Shown: piece by piece, positions 11,770-25,112 of the stretch
Layout: every line of letters starts with the position of its first letter
Numbering within the stretch: the first letter of the stretch is position 1
NCBI GenBank assembly: GCA_013239625.1
Contig: MU054220.1
Span: forward strand, 7,971,367-8,035,366
Reading direction: 5' to 3'
DNA length: 64,000 bases
Source of the DNA: Lama guanicoe
Lineage: Eukaryota
Made by a program: the position numbers and the translations under genes
The notes under the pieces: generated by a model
Told to the model about the DNA's origin: nothing
What the model saw: the letters and a program-made list of their open reading frames with translations, nothing else
The model's database searches: none

Positions 11770-13100
11770 AGGCTGTAGATGTAAATGCAGAGTTGTCAAC
11801 ATAAAGATAATCTTTAAGGACAATGAGCAGACTGGATCAGACTGTCTAGGCAAGGAGTGATTTGGAGGAATGAGCTCGCAGGTCCTCCAGCAATTTGATG
11901 TTCAGACCAAGAAAGCAGCCTGAGGAAGGCCAGCCGGAGAGGCAGGGAGAGAACCAAGGAGATAAGGGTGGAGAGAATATCGTATGAGAAAATGACCCGT
12001 TTTCTCAAGTGCTGATGAGAATTTTCGAAAAATGAAGACTGAGATTGAAAACACACCCTGCATTTACTAACATGGAGATTATCAATAACCCTTACAGAAG
12101 CTCTTTCAGTAGAATGCTGGACATAAGAATTGGATCATAGTGGATTCAAGGTCAACCTGGAGGTGCAAAGGTGGGCTTCCAAACTCTAGAAAAGTCTTAC
12201 ACTGTGGACAGGGGAAGAGTTCTGCCGTGGTAACTAGAAGGTAAGTGAGGTTAAACGAGGGGTTTGCTGCTGTTATTTTCTTAATTTGTTTTTATTTTTG
12301 TAACACAGAGTGTAATGGCTTGGTGACAGAAATGATCCAGTAGAAAGGGAAAAAATAAGTTAATATAAGAGAAAGAGAGAATCAGTTATTTAAAAAAGAA
12401 AAAAAAAAGCCTTGGAATAAATGGAGTGCTGAAGAGGGGCAGCAAGGCCCAGCGCCCCGATTCAGATGTAGGGAAGTGAGTCAGACGGTCCCGGTAGCAT
12501 GTGGACCATCTCTCAATTACTCATATTTTCCTTAGAAAGTCAAGTCAACAACCAGAGCCTGGGAAGCTGGGAGTGGGAGCCTGAGGAATAAACAGAAGGT
12601 GTGAACTGATCACCTTTGGAGTGCTAAGGTAACTAAGACTGTCAGGAATGACTGAGGGGGGATTTGAAATGTCAGGAAACACACTGAAACCGAGATGGGT
12701 AAACACGGATGTGCTGGCTGTGTGCAGCAGCAGTGACTCAGACAAACGATGGCTGAAATGCTGTCAGGTTGAGTATAACTGAGGGAGAAAGTTGTACGTG
12801 AACTATGGGTGTGTGCAAAAGACAGGTGAGACCGTGAGCCTGCTAATGGACAGGGCAAGACTGCAGAGTTGGCTCTGAAGTTTATCAGGTAGGGTGGTTT
12901 CAAAGAATCTCTCGTAACAGAGTGCAGGAGCGGGGAGTTAGAAGGCAGTGGTCAGAGAGGCAAGCGCTTGAAATCCTGCTCGTGGAGGAGATGGAACTGA
13001 CTATTATTAAGGAGCAGTTATTAAGATCTATAAATGTGAATGTAGATGTAAGGGGATAAGATGGCATGAAGGACAAGATGAACAGAAATGAGGAATTTAA
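11770..13100 (-). mobile_element. Long L2 LINE relic
   Basis: Purine-rich antisense L2 motifs, e.g. 'aaaatgaagactgagattga...catttactaacatggagattatcaataacccttacagaagctctttcagtagaatg' and 'agtggtcagagag...gcttgaaatc'. Confidence 0.7.
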
Positions 13101-13124
13101 GAAACACAAAGAAATCCCCATGGA

Positions 13125-13300
13125 TATGGGCTTGGTGTCCAGTTCTGCCCGTTATCAGATGTGGAGTTGTGCAGAGGGTGCTTAATCTCTCTAATCTTCA
13201 ACTTTATCACTTGTAAAATGAAGATAATAATGGTAATTACCTCTGGGTGATTTTGAGAGTTAGGTAACAATGACGATGATGAGGATAACAAATTTATCAC
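13125..13300 (+). mobile_element. MIR SINE
   Basis: Core 'cttaatctctctaatcttcaactttatcacttgtaaaatgaagataataatggtaattacctc'. Confidence 0.75.
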
Positions 13301-13621
13301 TCTGTGGCAAGCTATTTATGTGCAATGAGTTAAATTAATGAAATTCAGCATCACTAAAGCTGGCATGCGCCCCCTACTCTCTCTCTCTTTATACATATAT
13401 ATATACGCACACACACACTTGTAAAATATTATTATATTAATAAGCTTAAACAAATAACAAGAAACTTGTTAAGCTAACCCAGTGGCTGGGAAGCCCCTCT
13501 CCCTCTTTCTTCCCACTGATCAAGCCCTCCCAATCCTGCTTCTGTGAGAATCTCTATGCCTACAAATTTCTGGTTTGTTTCCTGTGTGGGAGTGACTGAA
13601 AATGCAGAATATTCCCTGATG

Positions 13622-14649
13622 CAAAGCCACCCACATAATTTGTGGGGCCTGGTGCAAAATAAAAAAGTTCAAAATGCAAAACCAACCAACCAACCAACCT
13701 CCCATTAAAGGTAAAAAAATAAATAAATAAAGATTTTTCCCTTCCTTTGTGACCTCTCTCTAATTGCCACGGAATTTTCTATTTGTCATTTAATGTCGTT
13801 CTAAGTAAAGAAAAACTTAAATTTTAAATGATTAGCAGGAATTTTACTGTTTACACTGTGCCATGTCAGTTTTAAGTGCAAATATAAGAGAATTTAACTC
13901 ATATGCAGGATCACCAGTATTGTACAATTTCTACATAATAGCTCCAACAAACATGTATTTTGTTCTTACCAGAACGATGGAACAATGCACAAAAGTAACT
14001 CGAACGTTTTTATTTCACATCTCGGTGCACATAAACTCCACCAACACACTGTACCTGTGTCCTACTGATGAGTAAGGGAGGACTAAAAGGAAAAGGCACT
14101 TTGAGTTATTCTATCTTTCCCTCTCTTATCATCATTCTCAGTGTATGTGACTGGCTAACACGGGAACGTAACGCAAATAAGAAAGACTAAGACAGCTTGT
14201 TGCCTGTGTTTCCCAGGGCACCACTGCCTTCCTTCTGCATCTGAAGCAAGTTCTGTTTATTAGAGAAAGCGTGGCCTCTGGGGCTACCAGCTCACTCATG
14301 GGAAGATACAAGCACATTTACTTTACACTCACTTTGAATCTTGACGCATCCCTGCATAGTGTGAGCCCACCAGCTTCCTGTGTTTCTGGGGCACTGTGAA
14401 TGCTCCGTGTGAATGGCGTGGCCGGGCTGGGAGCAGGCAGGCGCTGGACGGAGCGCCCCTGCTCGCTTGCATGCTGCATTGCCCCATCTGACTTCACTCA
14501 CAAAAGACAATTTGAAACATGATAAAAAAAAAAAAAAAAAAAGCAAGAACGTGATGGAGACAGCAGAGGCTCAAACCAAGTGTAGGGCTCTTCTGAATGC
14601 AGAGGGCCTCATGAGACTGCCAAGGCACACACCCATGAAGCTGGCCCTG
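13622..14649 (-). mobile_element. MER45B-like hAT-Tip100 non-autonomous DNA transposon, near full length
   Basis: Right end reverse-complements to 'cagggccagcttcatgggtgtgtg...'; left end 'cacataatttgtggggcctggtgcaaaat'; about 1.03 kb. 8-bp TSD not preserved. Confidence 0.85.
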
Positions 14650-15019
14650 CACATGCCCCCGGTGCTAACAAAACACGTGCCATACATGAAAAATGATACA
14701 AGCTTATGGAAAGTGAGAGAAATGTCATTTTTTGACATTTTTTCCTATTCTTATTCCTCTTGTCTTTCTACACACTCTCCATGAGGCATTTCTTCCCATC
14801 TAATTTCTTACTTCACTTGGCAAACAGTGAGTTCAAGGAATCTTAAAATTGAACACACCTCAGGAATGTCCAGTGTGGGCTGGACACTGGTATGGTCCAC
14901 AATTCCTTGCATTTGACACAGGCCTGAGTGCCACAGTTCCCCTGAGACACACCCTTATTCCTCACCCATGTCCCGCTGAGTATGATGTCTGAGGACCACT
15001 CAGATGCCAGTGAGGAAGC

Positions 15020-15250
15020 AGGAGTGTAGTGGGTGAAATCACAGCCAAATTCCTGGGTTAAAAACCTCAGCACTGTCACTTAGTGTGTTCTTACACAAGA
15101 CACTTAATTTCTTTTTGCCCTAATTTCCTCATATATAAAATGATGCTATCTTTGGTACCTAATCCATGGAGTGATAAGGATTAAATAAGATAGCAAAGGC
15201 CTCAGAACGTGCCTAATACAGGTCAGGGCTCAGTCAATATTATCATTATT
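15020..15250 (+). mobile_element. MIR SINE
   Basis: 'cctgggttaaaaacctcagcactgtcactta...tttcctcatatataaaatg...aggattaaataagata...cagtcaatattatcattatt'. Confidence 0.8.
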
Positions 15251-15479
15251 TCCCCAGCTGGTCGGTAGTGCACTCTCTCCTTAACATCATCTTTAAATTA
15301 TTCGTGGGTTTCACCTCATACATCTTACTTTTTCTACTTCCCAGCACTGCTGCAGTAACTTGGCTACTGTATTTAATTATTCTTTATATTATCAATGGTG
15401 TTTACAGATGGAGAATGCAGAGAATGAAAGTACTTGCTACTATGTAGTTTATAAAGAGCAACACAGTTCTAAAACAAGC

Positions 15480-15600
15480 ATTATTTATCACCAGTATGTC
15501 AGAGGGAAAACTGAGGGCTAGAAATATAATTTACCTCAGATCAGACAACCAGGAAATGGTAAGATTCAAAAGGACATCTTTCCTACTCTAAAATGCATAC
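15480..15600 (-). mobile_element. MIR fragment
   Basis: 'cagagggaaaactgagggctagaaatataatttacctcagatcagacaacc'. Confidence 0.55.
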
Positions 15601-15939
15601 ATGTTTATGCTCTTCTGCCTCATCGAGCAGGATAAAGTTTGTAGGGAAAGAATCATGATCGTAAAATTAAAAAGAATAATTCCTCTACATTTAATTTAAG
15701 ATCAATTTTGGAGAAATATTAGTATTCAAATACAAACGAACTTAAAGGAATTTACTTGACATTTCAAAATGGGTAAGACCAGCAAATGTATTGACTCTAG
15801 ACTGAAAAGTGATTAAGATTTCTCACTTACGTAATAAATTCAGAAGGAAGATATGTATCAAGTTAACAAAGAATACGCTGCAGTTATTCAAAACTCAAGT
15901 TCAGCAGAGGAAGGCCTGATACTTATTAAATGTAAATTT

Positions 15940-16005
15940 AATAAGCGAGTTCCTTAATCTCTCAAAGCCTCAGTTTTGTCATCTATAAAATGGGGAGAAC
16001 AGTAG
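15940..16005 (+). mobile_element. MIR core fragment
   Basis: 'cttaatctctcaaagcctcagttttgtcatctataaaatgggga'. Confidence 0.65.
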
Positions 16006-16320
16006 TGAAATGTTTAAAAATTTAAAAAATCCTTGCCGATTAAAAAAATATTTAAAAACAATTGTAGTGTCAATAATTAATTGCTGTTAATAAAATTTTA
16101 TCTCCTTTTCTCCAAAAGGCCCCCTTGTTTTAGTTTATCAGAAATTTACAAGGACATTAAAATAGCCATATAATGCTTAATTCTATTGAGGTCACAAGCT
16201 GAATATGGGGACACCAATTTAAGTGACAGTATTCTCTTTCATCATTGTCACTGTATTACCAGAAAAGAAAATTAAATAATTGAAACCGACTGGGATTCCT
16301 GAATAACCTTTCCACCTAAC

Positions 16321-16794
16321 TGCAGTAGAAGCTGTCCACCTGTCCATCCTCAGAATTTGTGAATATATTAATTTATATCACAAAGGACTTTGCATGGGGT
16401 TACATTAAGGGTCCTGAGATGGGTTGTTTAGCCTCCATCATTCAGGTGGGTGTGATGTAATCACAGCGGTCCTAACAAGGGAAAGAGAGAGGCAGGGGAG
16501 TCAGAGGAAGAGAAGGAAATTCGACAACAGAAGGAGGATCAGACGGAGATCTGAAGATGCTACACTGTTGGCTCTGAAGATGAAGAAGGAGGTCGGGCAC
16601 CCAGGAAGAGGGGCCGGGGAACGCACACTCCTCTAGAACCTATGGAAAGACCACAGCTGCAACACCCTGATTTTAGCCTTGTGAAGCCCAATTTATATTT
16701 CTGACCTACATGGCTGTAAGACAATACATTTGTGCGCTTTTGAGCCACTAAATTTGTGTTAATTTGTTACAGCAACAGTAGGAAACTTAATCTA
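16321..16794 (+). mobile_element. MaLR solo LTR, MLT1D-like
   Basis: 'atgtaatcacagcggtcctaacaagggaaagagagaggcag', 'gctacactgttggctctgaagatgaagaagg', end 'agccactaaatttgtgttaatttgttacagcaacagtaggaaac'. Confidence 0.9.
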
Positions 16795-19249
16795 TTCACT
16801 GTAACAGACACTATAATTGGTTTCTAAAGATACTATCAAATAACTTTCCTCCAAAGGAGGATTTACTGTAATGCTGAAAATGGTCCTATTGACACATCAT
16901 GTGAATAGACGTACTTTCTTAAACTTTTAGTTTTAGTTACTTGTTCTTTACATTTTTCTAGTGAAATTGTCTGCAAATTAAGTGGTGGAAGATTCTCTGA
17001 ATTAAAGGATATAATACTCTCAGCTAAAATTACAAATTTTATGATGTGGAGGGTGAAAAACAGTTCTCAGTGTTTTAATTTTGTTTTAACATAATTGTAT
17101 GCCAAATTTTCTAGTTATAATTTAGTCATAAAGAATATATTTTTCTGTGTTCAATTTTACTTTATCTTTTAAGGTAATGTATACAGCATTCATAAAATTG
17201 CTGCACTGAAAATGCAATTAAATTTGTTTTTTTTTTTAATTGTAAAATATCAATTTAAATCATTTTCTTTTCTTGACAAGCACCTGTTCAGGGAAACAGT
17301 AGCTTCAAACAAAACTACAACATGTGGGAAAAAGACATATCCATTTATGTGTGAAATCCTAACATTCTTATTTTAGTTTTTTCAAATACGTAGTATGTCT
17401 TTTTTCCATTTTTCTTATACCAAAACCAAGCATCTCAACTGAAAATAAAGTATCTTTCAGATAGTGGTATTCATTTCTAACAGAGAATTTTATCTCCTTG
17501 AAGATATAATTAGACGACATTCAACACAACACTTTCATTCTGCTGGGTTCTCATTTTTAAGAATAAAGAAGGAATTTACTGTACTCTTGATCTGTGGAAG
17601 ATGCCAAAAATAAAACTGGCCTCTAATAAGTTCATCTCATAGTTTAGAAACAAACTCTGTTTCTGTTAATGGGTTCAAAGTACACTTAACGTCTATACAG
17701 TTTTGTTCAATGGAAGGGTCTTCTTGGTATTTCTACAACAAGATCATGATTAGAATGAGATTATTACTAGTTGGATGGTCTCTACTGGTGAACATAATGG
17801 GTTCACCAGCAAATAAAATAAAACTCAACATCCCCAGAATTCACTGAATAAGGAAAACCTGGGCTTAAGGGGGAGAGGGTTGCTTTATGTTCATAATCTC
17901 ATAATCTGACCAAACGACAATCACCAGTTAGTTAAAGAGAAAGAAACAGAAACTTTGAAGACAGGGAATGACAGTAGTTAAATTCAGCAAAAATACCCAG
18001 GAGAACCAGGTTGAATCACTTTTACCTTGAAAGTTTATCTCTAGATGCCCCCCCAAATCACTTTTATATTCTAAGAGTAATTTTCTAATGTAATTTCTTT
18101 TTTTTTTTACAATGACCTATTTTCCTGATAAATCTTTATTTTTTTCCTCTTTAATGAGACATGATACAAATAACCTTTGTACAGGATACACTCCACTTCC
18201 TTAACACAGCCTTTAACATGAAGAAACCAAGGAAGATCGAAAGATCCCATTTGTTTTCCTTAGCAGTAGTCTTCATTTGATTTAGAACCACACACGATGA
18301 ATATAAATAAGCCAAAGAGGATCTTTTAGTGATTATTTTTTAAGAGGATACATCTTCTAAAAAGTAACATGATGGAGATACTAGAAACCATGAGATAAAC
18401 CAATTTTAAAACAAGAATAAGTTTCTAAAAAGATAAATGATGGGGGAAAATGTTCTGCAAATTGGTTCTATGGAAAATGAAAAATGGATACAGAGCCATT
18501 TATTTAGACCTTCTTGGAAGTGCATCATTATTGGAGTCAAAACAATACATGCCTCAATTTCCTTCAGCTTCTTCACTAAAAGTCAACATACAGAGACAGA
18601 TACATGCAAAATCTGTGGAAGTTTTCAGAGCTGGAAAGCACAATTGTAATGTGCTGTTATTTAGAAAGAAATAAAGATAATTTAAAATTCAAGTCCTGTT
18701 GTTTTTAATCACACTAATTTCTATAATTTGTTAGCAAGATTCTCTACTGCAAAAAAATTCCATTGATCATTACATTTATTATTAGCAGTTCAGTAAAAGC
18801 TTTGAAAAGTAGTAATAGCAAAATTCTTCCTAAATAATTATAGGAAAGTAGATTATATAAATCTGTGATTTATAATTTTTTGATTATTGATAAGTTATCT
18901 AAACAGAAAGCAAAGTTTTCAAATAGAATTATCAACAGTTCATGTGATAGTGTTTTTGTTTCACTTCTGCAGTTAACTAACTACTTCGCTTCACCTATGA
19001 TATAGTACAAATGTGTATTATTGGTAACAATTATTGCCAGAGACTACGTCTATACCTGTACATATATTTTCTAAGATAAAAATACCTACGATTTCTTTAT
19101 TAAGGTTAGTTTAATTAGAGATCAAACATTTGTAATGTAATCTATTTATCTAAAGTTTCAATATTTTTTCTATGCAGTCTTCACAGAACATCCTGTAGTT
19201 AACTGTATCATATCAACTATGATAACAGTGTAAAATCATTTTTTAAATT

Positions 19250-19420
19250 ACTGAATATCATATAGTTAGCGACCATGTCTTTCTTTCTTTAATACCCAAA
19301 GTGCCAGCATAAATGCATGACACAGCACATGCTCAAAGTGAAAATGTTTTTCAAAAATACATGATTGAGTCATTAAATGGATGTATTTATATCAGTTAAT
19401 GATTGATTGTATGAATGGGT
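19250..19420 (+). mobile_element. L2 3' end
   Basis: 'gaccatgtctttc...gtgccagcataaatgcatgacacagcacatgctcaa' followed by a decayed TGAA-like tail. Confidence 0.5.
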
Positions 19421-19699
19421 CTCCATAGTTAGTTTTATATTAAGATTACTGCCATTAAGTAAGTCTTTGCTTGTTTTCTCATTTTAAAATCACTGAGCCA
19501 CTGTAATTCTCTTAATATCTTTCAGTCAGTATGAAGGGGAAGATAAAAAAAAAATTAACTAAAGATAAAGGATCTACCCACAAAGAAATTTTTACTCTTT
19601 TCAACATACTACGTAGGGATTCAACAAGGTCATACATATAAATAACAACTTAATAATAAGATCGATAAATCAAAAGGGATTACAGAAAATGAAGCCAGA

Positions 19700-20300
19700 T
19701 TAGGAAACACGATAGACATATTTAAGAAGGATGGAGCATAGACTGAAATTTCAAGAAATGAAATTATCAGGTATAAAAGAGGGGAAGACGTTTCCGATTT
19801 CCAGTCAGCTCATGAAACAGCAAAATGGAGAGGGAGAGTCAAATTTGAGAAATCATCTAAAAGACGATTTCATGAGATTGACGGTAAGTAGCCAATTAAG
19901 GAGAGAAAATGGGAAGGCAACTGAGGCAAGGGATTGTGATTTGGAAGAAAGAAAAGAGTATAGAAATTAGCAGACATGGGAAAACAGAGAATGACTTTAT
20001 GAGGGGAAACAATTGGACATATTTCATTGTTGTGCAAGAAGTAGATTCTTGATGAATATACTGAATGCAATTAGAAATTGCTGACTTGATCAGAGTCAGA
20101 AATTTAAGTGTAGTAGCCATTCTTAAGGGATGATGATTGACGCAAAAGGATAAACTTCATATGAGAAAGAAGAGTGGAGACAACGGCTTGGGTCTCAGAA
20201 TCTGTCCATTCCAATGGAGCGAAGAAATGAAGAGAAAGGAAAAGTCCAGGAAGTATGATTAGGCAGAAGGGAATAGAAACAAACAGCAACCTGACTGTCA
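19700..20300 (-). mobile_element. Probable old L2 relic
   Basis: Purine-rich, with weak antisense L2-like motifs. Confidence 0.35.
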
Positions 20301-21569
20301 GGCTGCACCAGGGTGAAGGTGTAGGTACGAGGGAAAAAGAGAAGAGGCACAGTTAAAACAATAAACTGTTACATTTAGCTCAGCCTCCGTCAACCAAATC
20401 CAAAGACACATCGACCCTAATTCTCTCTCTGATCTTAATGTTGCGCCTCAGCGTATTGGTTTTGTTTTGCAATGTTTCTCTTGTGCTCAGTTTCTCCTCT
20501 TGCACATTTGTATACCTTATGCTCCAAACCCGATGCACTGACTTCTGAGAATAGACGCTGGTGCTGTCCTACCTCTCAGACAATAATGGAGTTGTCTTGA
20601 CTGTCGGTTCTCATATTCCTTGTATAATACTCTTTGCCACTTCCAGTATGCGCTAGCTAAAATCACCATGCTGAACTGGAAGGTAAGTCTTGTCTATATC
20701 CGGATCCTACTCTACAGCTTGGTCTCTGAGTAGCATTGTTCTGCACTCCAAGCTTTTCCTTTTCTCGTTTGCCTTTTAATTGATTAATTCAGTAGCATTG
20801 TTACGGAGGCAATTCAGCTCTTTAATTTGACTCTTAATTCATTGCATTTGTTTCTAGGAATTCAACTTCCGTATACATGTGGAGTGGGAAACCATCTGAA
20901 TAGCACCCAGTACTTTTAACTCAACATTTCTTCTACTTCTGGGCCTGGTCTTTGTATCTTGTCTTATGATTCCTTTTCTGGCCTTGGAGCTACATGTGTT
21001 CCTTGTTTTCCAGTAAATCATGCATTAAGCTGTCCTCAGTATCCTTCTGACAGGACAAAGGAGGATGTTGCCTGTGGGTTTTCAAGGGAGAAATTTATGA
21101 CACTCTTACCAGAATAATTAGTTTGATGGACAAAGAAGCTGACATGAGGAGTAAGGGTAAAAAGGAAAGGAAATAGAGCTGGGAGTCCAGACGGTTGGAA
21201 TGATAAACTCAAAGGATGGTGTCTTAAACAAAGTCCAGCTCTTGTTTAGTTTAGATGCTTGTAGTTACAAAAAAAATCTTTTTAAAAAGTCATAATTATT
21301 CTAGGAAAAAAATAGAAGAATATTATGATCACTCAGGGTTATTTCGTATATCCAAAAGAGAGGACTGCAGATGAGTCAGAGGAAAGTACAAATACCATGG
21401 AAAAGAAAGTCATCTAAATATGATCTCAAATTCTCTCACCTCCCTATCTATTGACAAGTTTCACAGTAAAATAAGAATGAGTTGCTTATGATAAAAATCT
21501 TCACATTGAATGTGAATTTACTACAAGTTCAGTGGTATCCTGAGCATCAAGACTGAACTCTTAATACCC

Positions 21570-21730
21570 AGGATAAACTTATAAGGTAGCATTTTTAACA
21601 CCAACAAAGAAGATGAGAAACTGAGGTGTGAGAAACTTGAGGAATGTGTCCAGGTGCCCCAGCCCAGATGCTGTGGGATGGCAGAGACCATACCAAGTAT
21701 GACTTTAGGGCCCATGTTTTGAGCTCTGTT
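21570..21730 (-). mobile_element. MIR SINE
   Basis: 'agatgagaaactgaggtgtgagaaacttgaggaatgtgtccagg...tgactttagggcccatgttt'. Confidence 0.6.
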
Positions 21731-21937
21731 TTAAAAATTGGAAGGGAGAACTTTAAGAATATTTTTTTAAAAAGGAAATATTATATAAAGGATGTTATCT
21801 TTAGGAGATTGGGATTTATCATGTACACTGAACTTAGATTGAATAAATCTGCAGATACTATTGGAAGTAAAAAGCAGACAATCTTGGATAGAACCATTAA
21901 AATAAAAGTGAGAGTTAATAAGGGAGCATTCGAAAAT

Positions 21938-22220
21938 TTATTCATTCACGCAACGTTTCTTTTTTAATATCCATTAGAGATGAAACCTTCTCCTTGACAC
22001 TGGAAGTAGAGCAGTAAACAGAACAGGAAAACTTTCTGCGCCCAAAGAGTTGACAGATAGATGGAGAAGCCAAATATGAGCAAATGCAAAATTAATAACA
22101 GCACTAATCATGGGAAATGATAAGAGATGGAACAACAGTTCAACAATTGATAACCGGAGGAGGAGCAATGCTTTAGATAAATAATGACAGGGGAAAGAAC
22201 CTGGGTTTGAATTGCAAAAT
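21938..22220 (-). mobile_element. L2 3' end
   Basis: 'ttattcattcacgcaac...gacactggaagtagagcagtaaacagaacag'. Confidence 0.7.
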
Positions 22221-24079
22221 CTGAATTCAGAATTGGGCAGCGAGAACAGCGGTGACACAAGACCACTTTGTTGGGGGGGGGTTAAAACAGGACAGATGGA
22301 GAGAGGCTCATCTGTTTCTCGCTACACAATCAGTTTGAGAGCTTGACTGTGTAGTTTCAGCTCTTCTGTGCAAGAAGAGTCTCCTGCCCTCCCCTCCTCT
22401 GTTCCCCTGGTGATGGTGTTGGCCATGGTGCTGGCCAGTGGCAGGAGTTTCCCCACCCTGCATTCCTCTTCCCTCTCTTCATATTCTATCAGTCCAAGCC
22501 TCATTTCACTGGGTCACCAAATGTGTGAAGTGGGGTTAGTGACTTTGGAGGCCTCTTCAGTGGCCCCCATACCTCATGAACACCTGGGTAGCTTGATTCT
22601 ACCTCCCTTTCAGGAAAACTTGTGCTAGGGTGCTGATGGAACCAATTAAATATTTCCTATAAATAGCAAAAAGTTTTTTTTTTCCTTCCCTGAGAAAGAT
22701 CTGGCCTTGGGATGATCCAGGGCACAGTTATTTTGAATAAAGTAGGAAACTGGGTCATTAGTTGAGAATCTAGTGACTGATAAAAATAAGAATATAAGGA
22801 ATGCTGAAATAGATATAGTGGTAACTGAGCCAGGTCATATCCAAAATCAACAAAAGGACTGTCTAGCAGACACGAGGTCAACCCAAAGCAAAGTTGACTT
22901 GCTGATTATTAATGGTTAGGGATAACAACATCTAACTTGTAAGACTAAAGAGATGGAAATCATATATGAACACCAGTGACACAAACTGCAATGTAATTTT
23001 AGATAAGAAGTAATGAATTAATAAATCATAACAAAGTAAAAACCTGATCATATCCATAAGAAGAGAATAATACCAAGGAGATGGAAGATTTCGGTGAAAG
23101 AAAGGAAGGAAGTAATTGTCTTAAATAGTATCTTTTTGGAGATGTCCTTCTTATAGTACTTTCATATGTTAAATGAGCTTCAGGATTTAGACTTTTGAAA
23201 GCACTGAAACATTATTTATATTCATCAATAGAAATAACTAGAAATGTTAGATAACTTCAGTTCAAAGTTTGGAGAACTTCAGGTGCTCAATTCACTATGG
23301 GATATTACTCATCCCAAAGGACTGTAAACAGCATTTCATTCTAGCATGGGATTATGCTATGATCAACACTGAAATTAATCAAACTTCCTTGATTAATCAA
23401 AATTATATATTATCATCCTGATTGCAATCACCTATCAAAGAATCATTTTGCACAGTAATTTGTGTAAGACATAATCAGTGCCAATGAACCAAAAGCTAGA
23501 GGTCTGTGCACCTAAAAAGAGCTAGCTGATAATTTCCTGATACCCTCACCTCCTCACAGTTCCCCTCCAACCCCCTTGCCGAGAAAAAAATAAACACCAG
23601 TGGGATGGATAGGAAGAATCTAATTCACGATTTCTAATTGTGCTTCACCCCACAATGAGACCCATATAAACACTTTATCAAATCAAATAGATGGTAATTG
23701 CACTGAACAGCATACACTTATTCAACTCATCATTTGATGACATTGTCACTTTAAAATATTAAATTTGCAAGAACGAAGCTGTTTTTATCATGATTTCTGA
23801 GTGGCTGTCATTTTACACTGTTCATAGCTCATTTAAAAAAATAGGTTGAACAACATAAATGGTCTCAGATACCTGAAATGACTGAAATCAAGAGGTCCCT
23901 TTCGGCCTGAAGATTTCATTAGAACATAGTCCAAGACAGCTAAAAGTTTCCTCATCTGGATCCCAAAGCGTCTGTTCGTCTAAGGATATCACATAGCTTC
24001 ATGTTGCTTAATTCATGCTTCACTTATTCACCCAAATTAAATTAGTTATTTTAAGAAGTCATCTTATTTTAAAAGCAAT

Positions 24080-24255
24080 ATGATGCAGTGGGAAGTGTTC
24101 TTGGACAGCTGGAAAGAACTTAAATCAGGCCAAGCCCTGCCATCAACTAGCTCCTTGACCTTTCTCAAACAATGCTATCCCTTCAGTCCTCAGCTTGGTT
24201 ACAGACAAAATGGAAGGCTGAACTCCACAATCCCTAAAGAACCTTTTAGTTCACA
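24080..24255 (+). mobile_element. MIR-family SINE
   Basis: 'gccctgccatcaactagctccttgacctt...cctcagcttggttacagacaaaatggaaggctgaact...ccttttagttcacaat'. Confidence 0.6.
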
Positions 24256-24890
24256 ATATGGAAATGCAAAATAATGATTTGCCTTAACACCAAACTTTCT
24301 ATAAAAAAATAAAATATATGAGTTTCTTTAAGATCCTTCCACCCATACATCATCAGTGGTAACATTTTGGTTGGTTTCTTTCAAGACTGGACATCTAGCA
24401 TGGGCTGGCATGGTCCCCCACTGAAGGCATCGCTACAGAAATTAGAGAAGTGAAACAAAATGATGGATTCCAGGACTTAGCAGATTGAACAGACTGACAT
24501 CTGTTGTGAATTTGATGTGTGTCTTGGGTTCATGGGGACAGGTGGGTGGTGCCTGACCCTTGGAGCAGAGGATGCTGAAGGGAAAATAGATGAATTGCAA
24601 AATATTATTATAATGGGCTCCCTTGCCTTTTACCTCTGCTACCTTGAGACAATCATTGCATGCTTCTTCATAGGGAAAGTCACCAGCAACAGCCCAATTA
24701 CTTTCCTGGCAACAGTAGCATATTATCAGGGCAACATAGAAAACTTGCTGGAGAAAGAACTGATGAAGATTGTCATGGGCAGACTAGTCTTCCCAAGACA
24801 GATACTTCTCCATCCTCTCACTGTTCAAGACCTCGGGACCGATAGAGTTTATTAATCTGGGGAGACTGCCTCCTCCAAATGGTGCTTCTC

Positions 24891-24892
<2 letters not shown>

Positions 24893-24931
<39 letters not shown>

Positions 24932-24940
24932 TGTGTGTGT
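24893..24940. repeat. (GA)18(GT)6 compound microsatellite
   Basis: Read directly from the sequence. Confidence 0.95.
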
Positions 24941-25112
24941 AGGGCTAAGACATGTAGAAAGATTTACCTGGTTTTGTTTTGTTTTCCCTCTCTACACAGA
25001 ATAAGAACTGTACCTTACACTCTATAACATACTCTATAAAAACTATAAGGAATAATATATTTTCTTTATGGAATACTAACATATGCAGGAAAAAAAATGC
25101 TACTGTTAAGGT

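Noticed and set aside
12238..12246. Perfect donor AAG|GTAAGT (similar motifs near 19883 and 48838)
   Set aside because: No convincing paired acceptor nearby; this one lies in an L2 relic.
14413..14784. 123-aa ORF with a poly-Lys, NLS-like run
   Set aside because: Lies mostly in the MER45B-like element; the lysines come from a poly(A) tract.
24517..24855. 112-aa ORF with a hydrophobic segment
   Set aside because: Starts at GTG, no homology recognised, no splice or promoter support.
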